From positions 589-64,588 of the forward strand of contig JAOAFX010000003.1 in NCBI GenBank assembly GCA_026416055.1: a stretch of 64,000 nt of DNA, read 5' to 3'. Positions 8,727-19,120 of this stretch are shown one piece after another (the stretch's first letter is position 1; every line of letters begins with the position of its first letter). The notes below the pieces were generated by a model. The model did no database searches. It saw nothing but the letters and a program-made list of their open reading frames with translations, and was not told where the DNA came from. The position numbers and the translations under genes were made by a program. This stretch comes from a candidate division WOR-3 bacterium (GTDB lineage: Bacteria; Hydrothermota; Tepidihabitantia; SM23-42; JAOAFX01).

Positions 8727-11263
8727 TGAAGTGTCCATTTCTTGTAAAGAGAAAAGAGATATTTGACCGTGAAGGCAAAAAAATTGGTGAAGAAATAGAG
8801 ATAAAGGAATGTATCAAAAATGAGTGCATGGTTTATGATGGTGCAGCCAAACTCTGTTCCCTGCTTTCCACCAATATCAAGAACGGGATTATAATCGAAG
8901 ACTTCAAAAATGGTATCAAAGAAATAAAAGAAGAGATGTTTCAAAGAAGCGAGGCGATAGGGGTTATCCTTTCCACCACAGTCCAGACACTACAGGATTC
9001 GCTTCTGAGCCGCTTTGATCTGCTGAAAAAACAGAATGAGGTAATTATTCTCGGTTTTGACCGGCTTACTGAACTTCAGAATTCACTAATTGAAAACATC
9101 AAATCCGTTTCGGAAAAGAATCTCAATCAGCTCGGGATATTAACAACCACCGGTGAAAAACAGATAGAAGAGTTGAAGTTACTCAAGGATGCCTCTATAA
9201 ATATTGCAAACATTCAGAGCAGGATCGGCGAAGAATTAAAAAGTTATCTTGATGAGGTAAAGGTTAATTTCAATGGTTTGAATGAGAACATCAGCCATAA
9301 AACCGAAATTTTAAAAAGTGCGATTGAACGGGTAATCACAACGTATCAGGCAGGCACCGAAGCGGTTAACACTGCCCTTGAGAAAAATGATAGTACTTTG
9401 AAAGAACTCGTGAAACGATTCGAGATTGTGGAAAACATTTTAAATGGTGTGAACAATATTGCCGAACTGGTTAGAAATGAAATTGCTGGAATTAAGACCG
9501 AGACCGTGAATTCTCTGAACATGCTTGGAGTAAAATTAGAGGAGTTGAAATTTTCTTATCAAGATGTTGCCCGAAATCAGCAAGAGATTTCAGAAAGAAC
9601 ATTCACAGCCCTCCATGATGCACTAAGCCGTACTCTTGAAGAATTAAAATCTGCTTTACTGAACTTCCTCCAGGAACAGGGTTCAACTCAGCAAAACCTC
9701 TTGAAAGACTTTGAGGGAACGCTCAGTTTCAAACTTGATGAATTAAAAGTTCTCTTCAATGAATTTGCCAAACTCCAGCAGAGTGGTGGCGAGTTAATAA
9801 GCGGTCAGTTTGAAAAAATCGGAAACAATCTAAGCCAGAAACTTGATGATTTGATCAATATAATCAAATCGGAACTGGTAAGTCTGAAGAATGAACTCGT
9901 TAATAATATTGCGGGTATCCAGAACAATTTTGCCTCAATCATGACACCGGTAAATGAAATGAAGGAATCATTGGGCAATCAACTTGGGACCATTCTGGAA
10001 ACGATCAGAAGCCTTGAAGCACCTTTAAATGACTTGAAAAATTTCTTCAATCTCCAGATTGGTTCAATTTTGGATAGTTTAAAGAATTATGAAACACCTG
10101 TAAACGAATTGAAGAATGTCATAAACAATCAACTCCTTGCCCTCAACGAGAGTCTTAAAAATTACGAAACGCCTTTAGCCGCATTTAAAGAGTCATTGAA
10201 TAATCAGCTGATTGCAATCCAGGAAGGTCTGAAAAAATATGATACAATGAGTGAAATACTAAAGACAGGGATTTATAATATTGGTGAATTCCTGAATAAC
10301 ACGAGTCAGCACTACTTGAATTCACTGAATAATATTCAGACCGCAATCAGCAATGTTGAAGGACTCTTTGATAAAACCCAGAGTAATATCGCGAATATGA
10401 CTGAAATGATGAACAATCTCAACCGTAATTATCTTGAGTCCCTGGGCAAGATTGCCGGTCTCGCTGAAGGAATGCGCAAAGGTGTAGAAGCAGTCGGAGA
10501 AGGGATGCAGGAATCAGTGAGAGGTTTAATTTCTGAAATGAAAAGTGAAATCGGCGAACTTGAAAAACAGTATGAGAAGACATTTGGTGACATTGCCCGC
10601 CTTTCAGAAAAATTTGGTGAACTCAATAGCCAGATCAATCGTATGACTAATGAAATTCAGCGACAGTTCAAAGATTTGCTGGAACAGCAGCTGGAAGTTT
10701 CAAAGTTCAGCAGTGAAATCTTAAAGAATCTAAAAGAATATTTTGCCAAACAGGAAGAACAATATAAAGAAGAGCAGTCAACAAAGAGAAAGAAAGACGC
10801 CCTTGACCACTATGACCGTGCCACACTTTATTATTATCGGGGCAATTATGAGCTGGCATTGAACGAAATTGAACGGGCACTTGAATTAGACCGGCTTGCA
10901 GAATATTTCAATTTAAAAGGGCTTGTATTGACTGAACTGGGCAGGGAAGAGGAAGCAAAAAGATCTTATGAAGAGGCTTTAAAGTTAGAACCAAACCTTG
11001 CCGAGATCTACAACAATTTTGGACTGCTATATGTTAAATCGAAAAAACTGAATGAAGCAGTTGGCATGTTCCAGGAAGCGATCAAAAGGAATATCAATTA
11101 CAGTCTCGCCTATGTCCACATGGGTAAGGTATTGCTTGAATTAGAAAAATATGAAGAAGCAATAGCAGCCTTCCAGCGGGCATTGGAAATAGATCCAACA
11201 AACCGCGAAGCAAAGGAAGCAATAGAGTTATACAAACAGGGAAAATTGACTTCTCAGAGGTAA
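8726..11263 (+). CDS. Cys4 N-terminal motif, long amphipathic helical/coiled-coil region and C-terminal TPRs
   Basis: TGATG coupling; C3/C29/C34/C44; about 630 aa helical region; TPRs in the last about 150 aa. Confidence 0.8.
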   Translation: MKCPFLVKRKEIFDREGKKIGEEIEIKECIKNECMVYDGAAKLCSLLSTNIKNGIIIEDFKNGIKEIKEEMFQRSEAIGVILSTTVQTLQDSLLSRFDLLKKQNEVIILGFDRLTELQNSLIENIKSVSEKNLNQLGILTTTGEKQIEELKLLKDASINIANIQSRIGEELKSYLDEVKVNFNGLNENISHKTEILKSAIERVITTYQAGTEAVNTALEKNDSTLKELVKRFEIVENILNGVNNIAELVRNEIAGIKTETVNSLNMLGVKLEELKFSYQDVARNQQEISERTFTALHDALSRTLEELKSALLNFLQEQGSTQQNLLKDFEGTLSFKLDELKVLFNEFAKLQQSGGELISGQFEKIGNNLSQKLDDLINIIKSELVSLKNELVNNIAGIQNNFASIMTPVNEMKESLGNQLGTILETIRSLEAPLNDLKNFFNLQIGSILDSLKNYETPVNELKNVINNQLLALNESLKNYETPLAAFKESLNNQLIAIQEGLKKYDTMSEILKTGIYNIGEFLNNTSQHYLNSLNNIQTAISNVEGLFDKTQSNIANMTEMMNNLNRNYLESLGKIAGLAEGMRKGVEAVGEGMQESVRGLISEMKSEIGELEKQYEKTFGDIARLSEKFGELNSQINRMTNEIQRQFKDLLEQQLEVSKFSSEILKNLKEYFAKQEEQYKEEQSTKRKKDALDHYDRATLYYYRGNYELALNEIERALELDRLAEYFNLKGLVLTELGREEEAKRSYEEALKLEPNLAEIYNNFGLLYVKSKKLNEAVGMFQEAIKRNINYSLAYVHMGKVLLELEKYEEAIAAFQRALEIDPTNREAKEAIELYKQGKLTSQR
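9944..10243 (+). repeat. Four tandem 75-nt (25-aa) Pro-punctuated coding repeats
   Basis: TPVNEMKESLGNQLGTILETIRSLE / APLNDLKNFFNLQIGSILDSLKNYE / TPVNELKNVINNQLLALNESLKNYE / TPLAAFKESLNNQLIAIQEGLKKYD. Confidence 0.85.
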
Positions 11264-11279
11264 ATCTGGGGGTGTCAAT

Positions 11280-12032
11280 ATGAAAAAATTCCTCCTTGCA
11301 GTCTTATTCTTTTCGGTCATTTATGGTGATGTCATGTATGAAATAGAGACAAAAACAAGTGGACCTTCGGAGTGGGGAGAAGTCTGTATGGCTGTCCGTA
11401 ACTTTTTAAAGCGCGATAAGATGAGGATTGAGATAAAATCAGAGGGTCAATCCAAAGATACACAAACTCTTACTACAATCTTCAGAATTGACAGGGGTGT
11501 CATCTGGATACTGAATACCGATAAAAAAGAATTCACAGAAATCGCCTTGAAGGATGAATTACCAACTATCAATCCAGATACGAATTCTGTACTGTCAGAT
11601 TTAAAAATTGAAAGAACCCAGGAAAAAAAGCACATCTTGAAGATTGAATGTGAAAAATACATTGTATCCTTAAAGGTGGATTCCGGAGAAGAAAAGTTTG
11701 AAGTAAACCAGGTAATGTGGGTCGCCAGAGACTTTGTTGGTTATTCAGAAATAAAGGAATTCAATAAAAGGGCTCAGGACTACATAAGCCAATATACCCC
11801 ACCCGGTTTGGAGAACCGATTATTGAAAAATTTGCAGAAGAGAATACTGGAGATAGACGGAATTCCCCTGGAAGTAGATGCCAGGGTCAGGATTGAAAAC
11901 GATAAAGAGAATTTAGAGATAAACATTTCCAGCATCTTCAGAAAAATCTCCACCGTTCCCATCAGCGACCGGGTTTTTGAAATTCCTGAAGATTATAAGC
12001 CGGCACCAATTTTGAGAAATTTGATGGAATAA
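11280..12032 (+). CDS. Secreted DUF4412-like protein
   Basis: Signal peptide; KMRIE...TIFRIDRGVIWILN..KKEF; KHILKIECEKY; C-terminal FEIPEDYK. Confidence 0.7.
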   Translation: MKKFLLAVLFFSVIYGDVMYEIETKTSGPSEWGEVCMAVRNFLKRDKMRIEIKSEGQSKDTQTLTTIFRIDRGVIWILNTDKKEFTEIALKDELPTINPDTNSVLSDLKIERTQEKKHILKIECEKYIVSLKVDSGEEKFEVNQVMWVARDFVGYSEIKEFNKRAQDYISQYTPPGLENRLLKNLQKRILEIDGIPLEVDARVRIENDKENLEINISSIFRKISTVPISDRVFEIPEDYKPAPILRNLME

Positions 12033-12046
12033 AATCAGGACTTTTC

Positions 12047-12601
12047 GTGTATTATAATAGTGAAAACGATGAAACGCTTATTCAAGCGGTTAAAAGTGGC
12101 GACGCTGAGGCATTCGGACCGCTGATTGAGCGCTATAAAATTGTGATTTATCGACTTGTTTACCGGATGGTGCGCAATCGGGATGACGCTGAAGACCTGG
12201 TACAGGAGATATTTATAAAGGCTTATAAAGGACTAAAGGATTTTAAGACCGGGCATAAATTCCTTCCCTGGTTATCCAGGATTGCGGTCAATCATACCTT
12301 GAATTTTATAAATAAAGAAAGAAGGGTCGAAGCTCAACCCCTTGAATGGGTGGTAAATTATGATGATGGAAAAAATAATCCCGTTGAGATGGTGGAGCAG
12401 AAGATTTTGAAAGAAAAAATTATGAAGGCAATGGAACAGTTACCGGAAGAGTACCGTGTAGTTTTGCTTTTACGTGTGGAAGAAGACATGTCGTATGAAG
12501 AGATAGGACAGGCATTAAATATTCCCCGGGGAACAGTGATGTCCAGGCTTGCCCGGGCACGGCAAAAACTTAAAGAGCTACTGGAAAAAGATAAACTATG
12601 A
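12047..12601 (+). CDS. ECF RNA polymerase sigma factor (RpoE/SigW-like)
   Basis: DAEDLVQEIF (region 2), WLSRIAVN, SYEEIGQALNIPRGTVMSRLARAR (region 4). Confidence 0.95.
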   Translation: MYYNSENDETLIQAVKSGDAEAFGPLIERYKIVIYRLVYRMVRNRDDAEDLVQEIFIKAYKGLKDFKTGHKFLPWLSRIAVNHTLNFINKERRVEAQPLEWVVNYDDGKNNPVEMVEQKILKEKIMKAMEQLPEEYRVVLLLRVEEDMSYEEIGQALNIPRGTVMSRLARARQKLKELLEKDKL

Positions 12602-13362
12602 AAAACGAGAAAGAGAAAACAACCTGCCCTTTTTCCATTGAGATGCTCAGTGCCTATATTGATAACGAACTCAATGAAATGGAGAAATTTGAAGTAGTAG
12701 AACATCTAAAGACCTGTGTCCACTGTCAGAAAATTGTCAGGGAATTTAAAGAGATCGATGAGGCACTCCACCAGTTAGAAATTGAAGAGCCTTCAAAAGA
12801 ATTTATCTATCAGTTAAAGAGAAATGTTTTAAGTAAAGTTAAAAAAGAGAAAAGACCATTATTGCGATATTTTCCAGTTCTGGTACCCCTTGCTGTTGCA
12901 ATCCTGATAATTGTGATTTTACAGCATGGACGCATGGAACCGGTGGTAAGTATGGAGTATCGCATTGCTTATGAAGACATTAAAGAGGTGGAAAAAGAGG
13001 AAGTTGTAGCACCGTCAGCACAGAAATTAACAGATGCAAAATTTCGTTTAAAATCCATTTCCCGGGCTATCGAAACAGAGGATGCCAAAAAGACGGCAGG
13101 CGAAAAATGGGAACCTGAAATGAGTTCATCAGAATTTGCCCCCATTCTCGATAAGGAAATATATGAAAAGGGGATAATAAGGGCGATGGTGGATTCCACG
13201 GGTAAGGTGGTGAGTGTGGCAAAAGGAAAAGCACTAAAACCCGAAGAAGATACGATCCTCACCAGGCTATTAAAAGGCAAAAAGATTATGTCTCCTCGAC
13301 TCCTTGGAAAACCGGCCCAGGTTTTTGTGGAAATCACTCCTGAACCCAGAGATTCAAACTGA
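12598..13362 (+). CDS. Zinc-binding (zf-HC2/ZAS) transmembrane anti-sigma factor
   Basis: LSAYIDNEL...HLKTCVHC motif, one TM helix, extracytoplasmic C-terminus; coupled to the sigma gene. Confidence 0.88.
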   Translation: MKNEKEKTTCPFSIEMLSAYIDNELNEMEKFEVVEHLKTCVHCQKIVREFKEIDEALHQLEIEEPSKEFIYQLKRNVLSKVKKEKRPLLRYFPVLVPLAVAILIIVILQHGRMEPVVSMEYRIAYEDIKEVEKEEVVAPSAQKLTDAKFRLKSISRAIETEDAKKTAGEKWEPEMSSSEFAPILDKEIYEKGIIRAMVDSTGKVVSVAKGKALKPEEDTILTRLLKGKKIMSPRLLGKPAQVFVEITPEPRDSN

Positions 13363-14037
13363 ATTTGTAATCTTCTTCATAAACTTTCGTGCTGCATCCT
13401 GCTCGGCTTCTTTTTTACTCTTTCCGCACCCTTCCGAGACCATTTTGTTATCAACATATAAACTAACAAAGAATATCTTATTATGTGGAGGTCCCTGCTC
13501 ACTCGACACCACATATTCAATCTTATTTCTATTCTTCATCGCCCATTCATTTAACAATGATTTGTAATCCCGGGATAACCGGAATTTTCTATTCAGGAGT
13601 ATTTTTTGTAAGAATTTTTTCGTATACTGAAGTCCACGATCCAGATAAAGAGCACCAATTATCGCCTCCAGGCAACAGCTGATGTTAGATACCCTATTCC
13701 TGCCACCTGTCAATTCTTCACCCCTGTCCATTATTAAAAAATCACCAATCTTTAATTCTTTTCCGATCTTATAAAGGACACTTTCTTTTGTATAGCGTTT
13801 TTTCAATTGGTTCAATCCGCCTTCATCCATCTCCGGATACTTCTTTAAAAGGTATTCACGCACAATCAACTCTAAAACTGCATCACCGAGGAATTCAAGG
13901 ACTTCGTTTGATTTTTCCGGAGCACCGGGCACGGCTGATGAATGGGTCAATGCCTTTCTCAAAAGACCTTTATTTATGAATCTTATCTCCAATATCTTTT
14001 CAACTGCCTCAAACCCTTGCGACTGCTTCGATTTCAA
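13354..14037 (-). CDS. rnc: Ribonuclease III
   Basis: [18 protein letters not shown] signature, C-terminal dsRBD (GPPHNKIF...[12 protein letters not shown]); probable TTG start at 14037 with AAGGAG SD inside ridA. Confidence 0.95.
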   Translation of the reverse strand: MKSKQSQGFEAVEKILEIRFINKGLLRKALTHSSAVPGAPEKSNEVLEFLGDAVLELIVREYLLKKYPEMDEGGLNQLKKRYTKESVLYKIGKELKIGDFLIMDRGEELTGGRNRVSNISCCLEAIIGALYLDRGLQYTKKFLQKILLNRKFRLSRDYKSLLNEWAMKNRNKIEYVVSSEQGPPHNKIFFVSLYVDNKMVSEGCGKSKKEAEQDAARKFMKKITNSV

Positions 14038-14386
14038 CGAGTGCTCCTTTTGGTAATCCAGATACAAAGATAGTGCTACGGGCAGGCGGTTCAATGGTAA
14101 AATACTGTGCATAGATTTCATTCATCAGAGGAAAATTATCAGGGCTAGTGAGATAAACTGTAGTCTTGACCACATCCTTCAGGTCAGCACCTGCGGCGTT
14201 GAGAACAGCCTTCAGATTCTTCAGTACCTGTTCGGTCTGTGCCTTTATTCCTCCATCAACTATCTCGCCGGTTTCGGGTAATATCCCGATCTGTCCGGCT
14301 GTAAAGATAAATCCCTCAACCATCACAGCCTGTGAGTATGGACCGATTGCCTTCGGGGCGTTTTCGGTCTTTATGATTTTTTTCAT
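14009..14386 (-). CDS. ridA: RidA/YjgF family enamine/imine deaminase
   Basis: [34 protein letters not shown]. Confidence 0.93.
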   Translation of the reverse strand: MKKIIKTENAPKAIGPYSQAVMVEGFIFTAGQIGILPETGEIVDGGIKAQTEQVLKNLKAVLNAAGADLKDVVKTTVYLTSPDNFPLMNEIYAQYFTIEPPARSTIFVSGLPKGALVEIEAVARV

Positions 14387-15654
14387 TTTTCACTCCTTGT
14401 TTTTATTACACCATCTATAATATGTAATTCAAAGCCATTAAATTTAAAAACCGAATCAATTTTATAATCAAGTTTTTCATGGTAAACAATCCATACCGGC
14501 ATATTAATCTTTTCTGAAATTTTTAGCGCTTCATTCTTGTTATAAAAACCGCCGAGCTTTATCCGGTAAAGACTATCGACGCTGGAATCGATTACCACCG
14601 GCAATCCAATTGTTCTCAGGCTGTCATAAAAATTCATTGCCCGTACCCCATCTGCAAAGGCATTGAACTGGATATAATAAAGTAATGAATCTGATACAGG
14701 CTGAAGATTCGTTTTTAAAAGCGGTGGAAAGATGTCCCTTTTTTTCAATAGTTTGATCTCAGATGCCAGAACATCAAACAGCACCGGTTGACCATTTTTG
14801 TTGATTCCAACGTAGTAATACTTATCAAGATAGTATATTTCTTGTATTCCTTCGCTATTTTCCACTATCTTTTTTATTCTTAATGTGAATGGGTCAATGA
14901 AGATGATAAACTCGCTGTTGAAAAATATGAAGCCATTATTTTTAACCTGTTCATTAAGATAGACAGGCTGGAAATCAATAACCTTTCCTTCGGGATTGAT
15001 ATAGAATATCGCCTGTTTATTAGTTATTATGTATCCATATTTTTCAACTACAAATCTATCTCCTCTGTATGGAAGTTTTATTTTTTTCACAATCTTCAAT
15101 CCAGGATCAATGAAATTGAGTGTAGAACTATCAAGGGTGAGAAAACATTTTTTCTCAGGAAGATACTTGAAATCAGAAATTCTGGGAAAAGTCGCTGAAT
15201 ACAATTTTCTGCCTCGCTCGGTATCAAAAACCCTTATAATACTCTTTTTCTCTCCGTGGCTGATCAGGTAGAGCTGGTTTTGTGCAGGAAGTAGAACAGG
15301 TGAAACCATCGGTTCATAGTCTCCCGGCTCGATACCGATTCCCCCTTTAAATGAAAGATTGTGTCGATTTAATTTTATTATCTCTGAAGAAGAAACAAGC
15401 AGGATTTCATCCCGGCTAAGGGTAAGAAAATTGAACCTCTGGGGCAGGGGTGTCTGGTCTATGATTTTTAAATCTGCAGTATCAATACAAATCACATAAC
15501 GCTCGGTCAATACATACAAATTCTCATGTATACAATAATCAATAATCTCTTCTCTGATAGCCAAATTTTCGTACCATAACTTACCGGTATCAATCTTGAA
15601 AATCTGGTTCTCAATGACCACAATTTTGAAAAAGATTAGCGGAAGCAAAATCAT
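14383..15654 (-). CDS. Beta-propeller-like protein with C-terminal SPOR domain
   Basis: Short beta-strand repeats; C-terminal YYIQFNAF...[18 protein letters not shown]-like motif. Confidence 0.6.
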   Translation of the reverse strand: MILLPLIFFKIVVIENQIFKIDTGKLWYENLAIREEIIDYCIHENLYVLTERYVICIDTADLKIIDQTPLPQRFNFLTLSRDEILLVSSSEIIKLNRHNLSFKGGIGIEPGDYEPMVSPVLLPAQNQLYLISHGEKKSIIRVFDTERGRKLYSATFPRISDFKYLPEKKCFLTLDSSTLNFIDPGLKIVKKIKLPYRGDRFVVEKYGYIITNKQAIFYINPEGKVIDFQPVYLNEQVKNNGFIFFNSEFIIFIDPFTLRIKKIVENSEGIQEIYYLDKYYYVGINKNGQPVLFDVLASEIKLLKKRDIFPPLLKTNLQPVSDSLLYYIQFNAFADGVRAMNFYDSLRTIGLPVVIDSSVDSLYRIKLGGFYNKNEALKISEKINMPVWIVYHEKLDYKIDSVFKFNGFELHIIDGVIKTRSEK

Positions 15655-15719
15655 AGCGGATTATAATAAAAAGCGAATGAAAAATCAAGGCTATGGTTTA
15701 AATTAAAAATAAAGCTGAT

Positions 15720-17942
15720 TTAAGGTCTTTTACTATTTATTCTTTTTCTTTGATCAAAATAACCTTCTTTACCCATCGGACTAGAGGCAACTCTATATTC
15801 TTCTGCTTTCGGAAATTCGTATATCCCAATCTCACTACAAACAACCCGTTTCCCCTTAATCTTTAATATATCGATGATTATCCCACCATCAGAATAGGTG
15901 TTCTGAGGCAACCATACTGAAATTCTTTTTAAATGATTTGGCGTAATAAAAGCGGTATCCAACCCCATTCCATCAACAACCAGCGCCTCAATAATCCTGC
16001 CTATTCCTTTCCCATTTTCAGGATTAGGGACTTCAGGTCCGTCCATCTTCAGGTTGTCATTAGGGTCGGAAATCTTGATTCACCAGGAGTTGTTGCAACC
16101 TTTTTGATAGCCTGCCATCCGGTATCGGTCTTGTGCCGGCTATAAATCTCTAAATTACCCCCAGAATCCCTGTCCTGCCAGACCACTGTTAGCCGGTTTC
16201 CATAGCGGTCAATCACTGGATAAAGTCTTTCTCCACTTTGTGTGGTGTAAATCGTATCAATAATCGCACCTTTCTTGTAGCAGACACTCCTTTTACCCTG
16301 CCATAAGATATGAACGTTCCTCGAATCGTCAACCACCAATGATGGCATTAGACAGAATATATTGGTAAATAATGTCTCAACAATCGCACCCTGAAAATTT
16401 TCCTTATGGACTAAATCACCGGTATCTGAGGGCAACCAGCGATACTGAGCAAAAACAAGATGTATAGTATCAGTTGTATCACAGACCATTGATGGTGGAG
16501 AGAGATTCACTACCGGCATACCAATCGTATCCGGCGGTGCCCAGCTTGAAGTCCAGCCTGTATAATAAATAAATGAACCCGAAACCCAAAAGATACAGGG
16601 AATGCCGCCAGTATCCACTGCCAGTGCGGGATAACCACCTGGATTACTTACAAGCTCACTCCTTGAAAAACTCTTCCCCGAATCCTGCGAATAGCAATAA
16701 TATATCCCATCAATAGATGAGTAAACAAGATAGACCACATCGCCAGTTGGGCTACTGATAATCTTCCGTCCATTATTATAGGCCGTTGCCAGTGGATTGT
16801 CTACTTCTCTTGGACCATATTTGGCAATCACGGAATCAGAATAGACACTCTCCAATCCGAGTGTATCAAATGCAGTAACACGATAGAGATATATCTTTCC
16901 CAATTGCACTAAAGTATCGGTGTAATTATTCACATTACCCGAACTGATTCCAGAACCCCCATCATTCCAGAATCTTTTTACATCACATTTCCGATAATCA
17001 AGTCTAACCTTCCGGGGTATTCATTCAGAAAAATAGTAGCCACAAATTTTTTGTGTCTCTTGTGGTATCACGATTGATATATCTCCATTCAATAATCTTC
17101 CTCTCAGGATTGTATTTCTTGATTTGTCTGATCCATCCCTGACCAGGCCTGGTAATGACTATTGAATCATTGTAAGCAGCAATTACGCCAGCTTCATCTC
17201 CACCGGCTGTAGGCAGGTCAAAATGCAAAAGATATCTTGGGTTGCTGAACCAGATATTACCGGTTTTGGTTGCGAAATACTGGTGATAGAGTAGACCATA
17301 AAAATAAAAATCTTCAAATTGGTAAATATGCGGAGAAAAATAGAGGTCAAACCAAGGTGCTCCTTCTGCATTCTCCCAGTGAAATGCTGTGGGATAACCT
17401 TGAAGATTATTATCACCGGGCTGGGAACCGGTTGTGAATGAAAAGGTATATGGGATCAATTCCTGCCCCTGTAAATCCTGTAATCCTGAACTAAGATGTA
17501 CCGTGTAATTGGTGTTCTTCACAAAACTTGGGTCTGGAATGAATTCAATATTTTTTTGTCCTATCCAACGCCAATCTCCTGATACACCCGGAGAAATTGT
17601 GATTACAGTCCATAAAATCCTGCTTGGTGTTTTGATTGTATCCATAGGTTCGCTGAAAGTAATCTTTATGCGTTGCTTCAATGGCACATTGGTCTGACCA
17701 TTTGCTGGTGTTGTGGATTTCACTTTAGGCCGGAAATTAGCAACTGTTACCTTTACCCACTTCGTATCCGCATTATTTCTAATATCTGCCGCAATCACCT
17801 TTACCCAATAATAACCATCAGGAAACTTCGCCACCTCAAGACTTTCGGCATCAACTGAACCCGGCTGACCATGTTTCTGCTTGGTGTTCCAGTAGTGGTT
17901 TCTTTTTTCGAGAGAAAGTAAGGACCAAAGAATAAAACACAA
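15720..17942 (-). pseudogene. Fragmented gene for a large secreted multi-domain protein (Big_5 Ig-like, FN3-like, propeller-like segments)
   Basis: Three collinear ORFs (305, 294, 108 aa) with no signal peptide or SD; frames can be joined by shifts near 17050 and 17010; PKVKSTTPANGQTNVP..ITFSEPMD (Big_5), YLYRVTAFD..GLES (FN3 end). Confidence 0.7.
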
Positions 17943-18014
17943 TCACAGATTGCTGAAAGACGACGGTCTTTTCCTGGAATGGTCGAAGAGGTATAACAAT
18001 TTAAAAATACAAAA

Positions 18015-18089
18015 TCGGGGCGATCCGATTTGAACGGACGACCCCCAGCACCCCAAGCTGGTGCGCTAAACCAACTGCGCCACGCCCCG
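18015..18089 (-). tRNA. tRNA-Pro(GGG), CCA not encoded
   Basis: Cloverleaf CGGGGCG...CGCCCCG-A; anticodon arm CCAGC-TTGGGGT-GCTGG; T-loop GTTCAAAT. Confidence 0.95.
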
Positions 18090-18096
18090 ACGAATA

Positions 18097-18124
18097 ATTA
18101 TATTTAAAACTATTTAACTGTCAA
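18097..18124 (-). promoter_or_regulatory. Promoter TTGACA-N16-TATAAT for tRNA-Pro
   Basis: Perfect hexamers; -10 ends 7 nt from the tRNA 5' end. Confidence 0.85.
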
Positions 18125-18155
18125 GAAAAATTGAAAATAGAGACCAACAACAATC

Positions 18156-18183
18156 TTGACATTCTGCGCATGTTGAATAGCAT
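18156..18183 (+). promoter_or_regulatory. Promoter TTGACA-N16-TAGCAT (lpxD-lpxC)
   Basis: -10 ends 6 nt before the lpxD ATG. Confidence 0.65.
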
Positions 18184-18189
18184 AGGAAT

Positions 18190-19119
18190 ATGCGGTTAAA
18201 AGATATTGCCCGAATTGTCCATGGCAGATTAATAGGCGAGGATATTGAAATAAAAAACATTATGCCTCCGGAGGAAGCCAAAAAAGATTCTCTTACTTTT
18301 TTGTTCAAACCAGATTTGAAGACCGAAGCCGATGCTGTCATCTCTGAAGTGAAGATACCCCAAAAAAATTGTATAATCGTCCCAGATTGCCGGAAGGCAA
18401 TGTATCATCTCTTCAAAAAAATCGCAGACTCAAAGAGAAAATTAGGTATTTCAAAAACTGCCATCATTGAAGAGGGCTCATTGATTTCTAAATCCTGCAC
18501 AATTGATGGGCATACCGTTATTAAAAAAGGAGCAAGAATTGGCAAAGGTTGCTATCTGGGAAGCAATGTCTATATTGATGAAGATGTGGTCATAGGTGAT
18601 TACAGCACAATTGAACATAATGTGGTGATATACCGCAACACCAGAATCGGAAATTATGTTTCAATTGGAGCGAATTCAGTAATCGGTAAGGAAGGATTTG
18701 GTTATGTCAAATTCAGTAGATACAAACGTATAAGCCACATCGGCAATGTTGTGATTGAAGATTATGTTGAAATTGGAAGTAATGTCTGTATTGACCGGGC
18801 AACTATAGGTAGCACCGTGATCGGCTCTGGAACAAAGATAGATAATCTCGTCCATATTGCCCACAATGTCCGGATTGGCAAAAATTGTCTCATCATGGGT
18901 CAAAGCGGAATCGCCGGTTCAACCGTGGTCGGTGATAATGTAGTTATCTGCGGGCAGTGTGGAATAAGCGATCATTTAAAGATTGGTGATAATGTGGTAA
19001 TCCACGCAAAAAGTGGAGTATTTTCCAGCCTCGCACCTGATAAACGATACTCGGGCATTCCTGCCCGTGAGCATTACATGGTGTTGAAGGCACTTGCGAG
19101 ATTGTATAAAGAAGTCTGA
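18190..19119 (+). CDS. lpxD: UDP-3-O-acyl-glucosamine N-acyltransferase
   Basis: Hexapeptide repeats; [25 protein letters not shown]. Confidence 0.93.
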   Translation: MRLKDIARIVHGRLIGEDIEIKNIMPPEEAKKDSLTFLFKPDLKTEADAVISEVKIPQKNCIIVPDCRKAMYHLFKKIADSKRKLGISKTAIIEEGSLISKSCTIDGHTVIKKGARIGKGCYLGSNVYIDEDVVIGDYSTIEHNVVIYRNTRIGNYVSIGANSVIGKEGFGYVKFSRYKRISHIGNVVIEDYVEIGSNVCIDRATIGSTVIGSGTKIDNLVHIAHNVRIGKNCLIMGQSGIAGSTVVGDNVVICGQCGISDHLKIGDNVVIHAKSGVFSSLAPDKRYSGIPAREHYMVLKALARLYKEV

Positions 19120-19120
19120 A

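Noticed and set aside
13354..14386. Possible ridA-rnc frameshift fusion
   Set aside because: A TTG with a well-spaced AAGGAG SD explains rnc initiation without recoding
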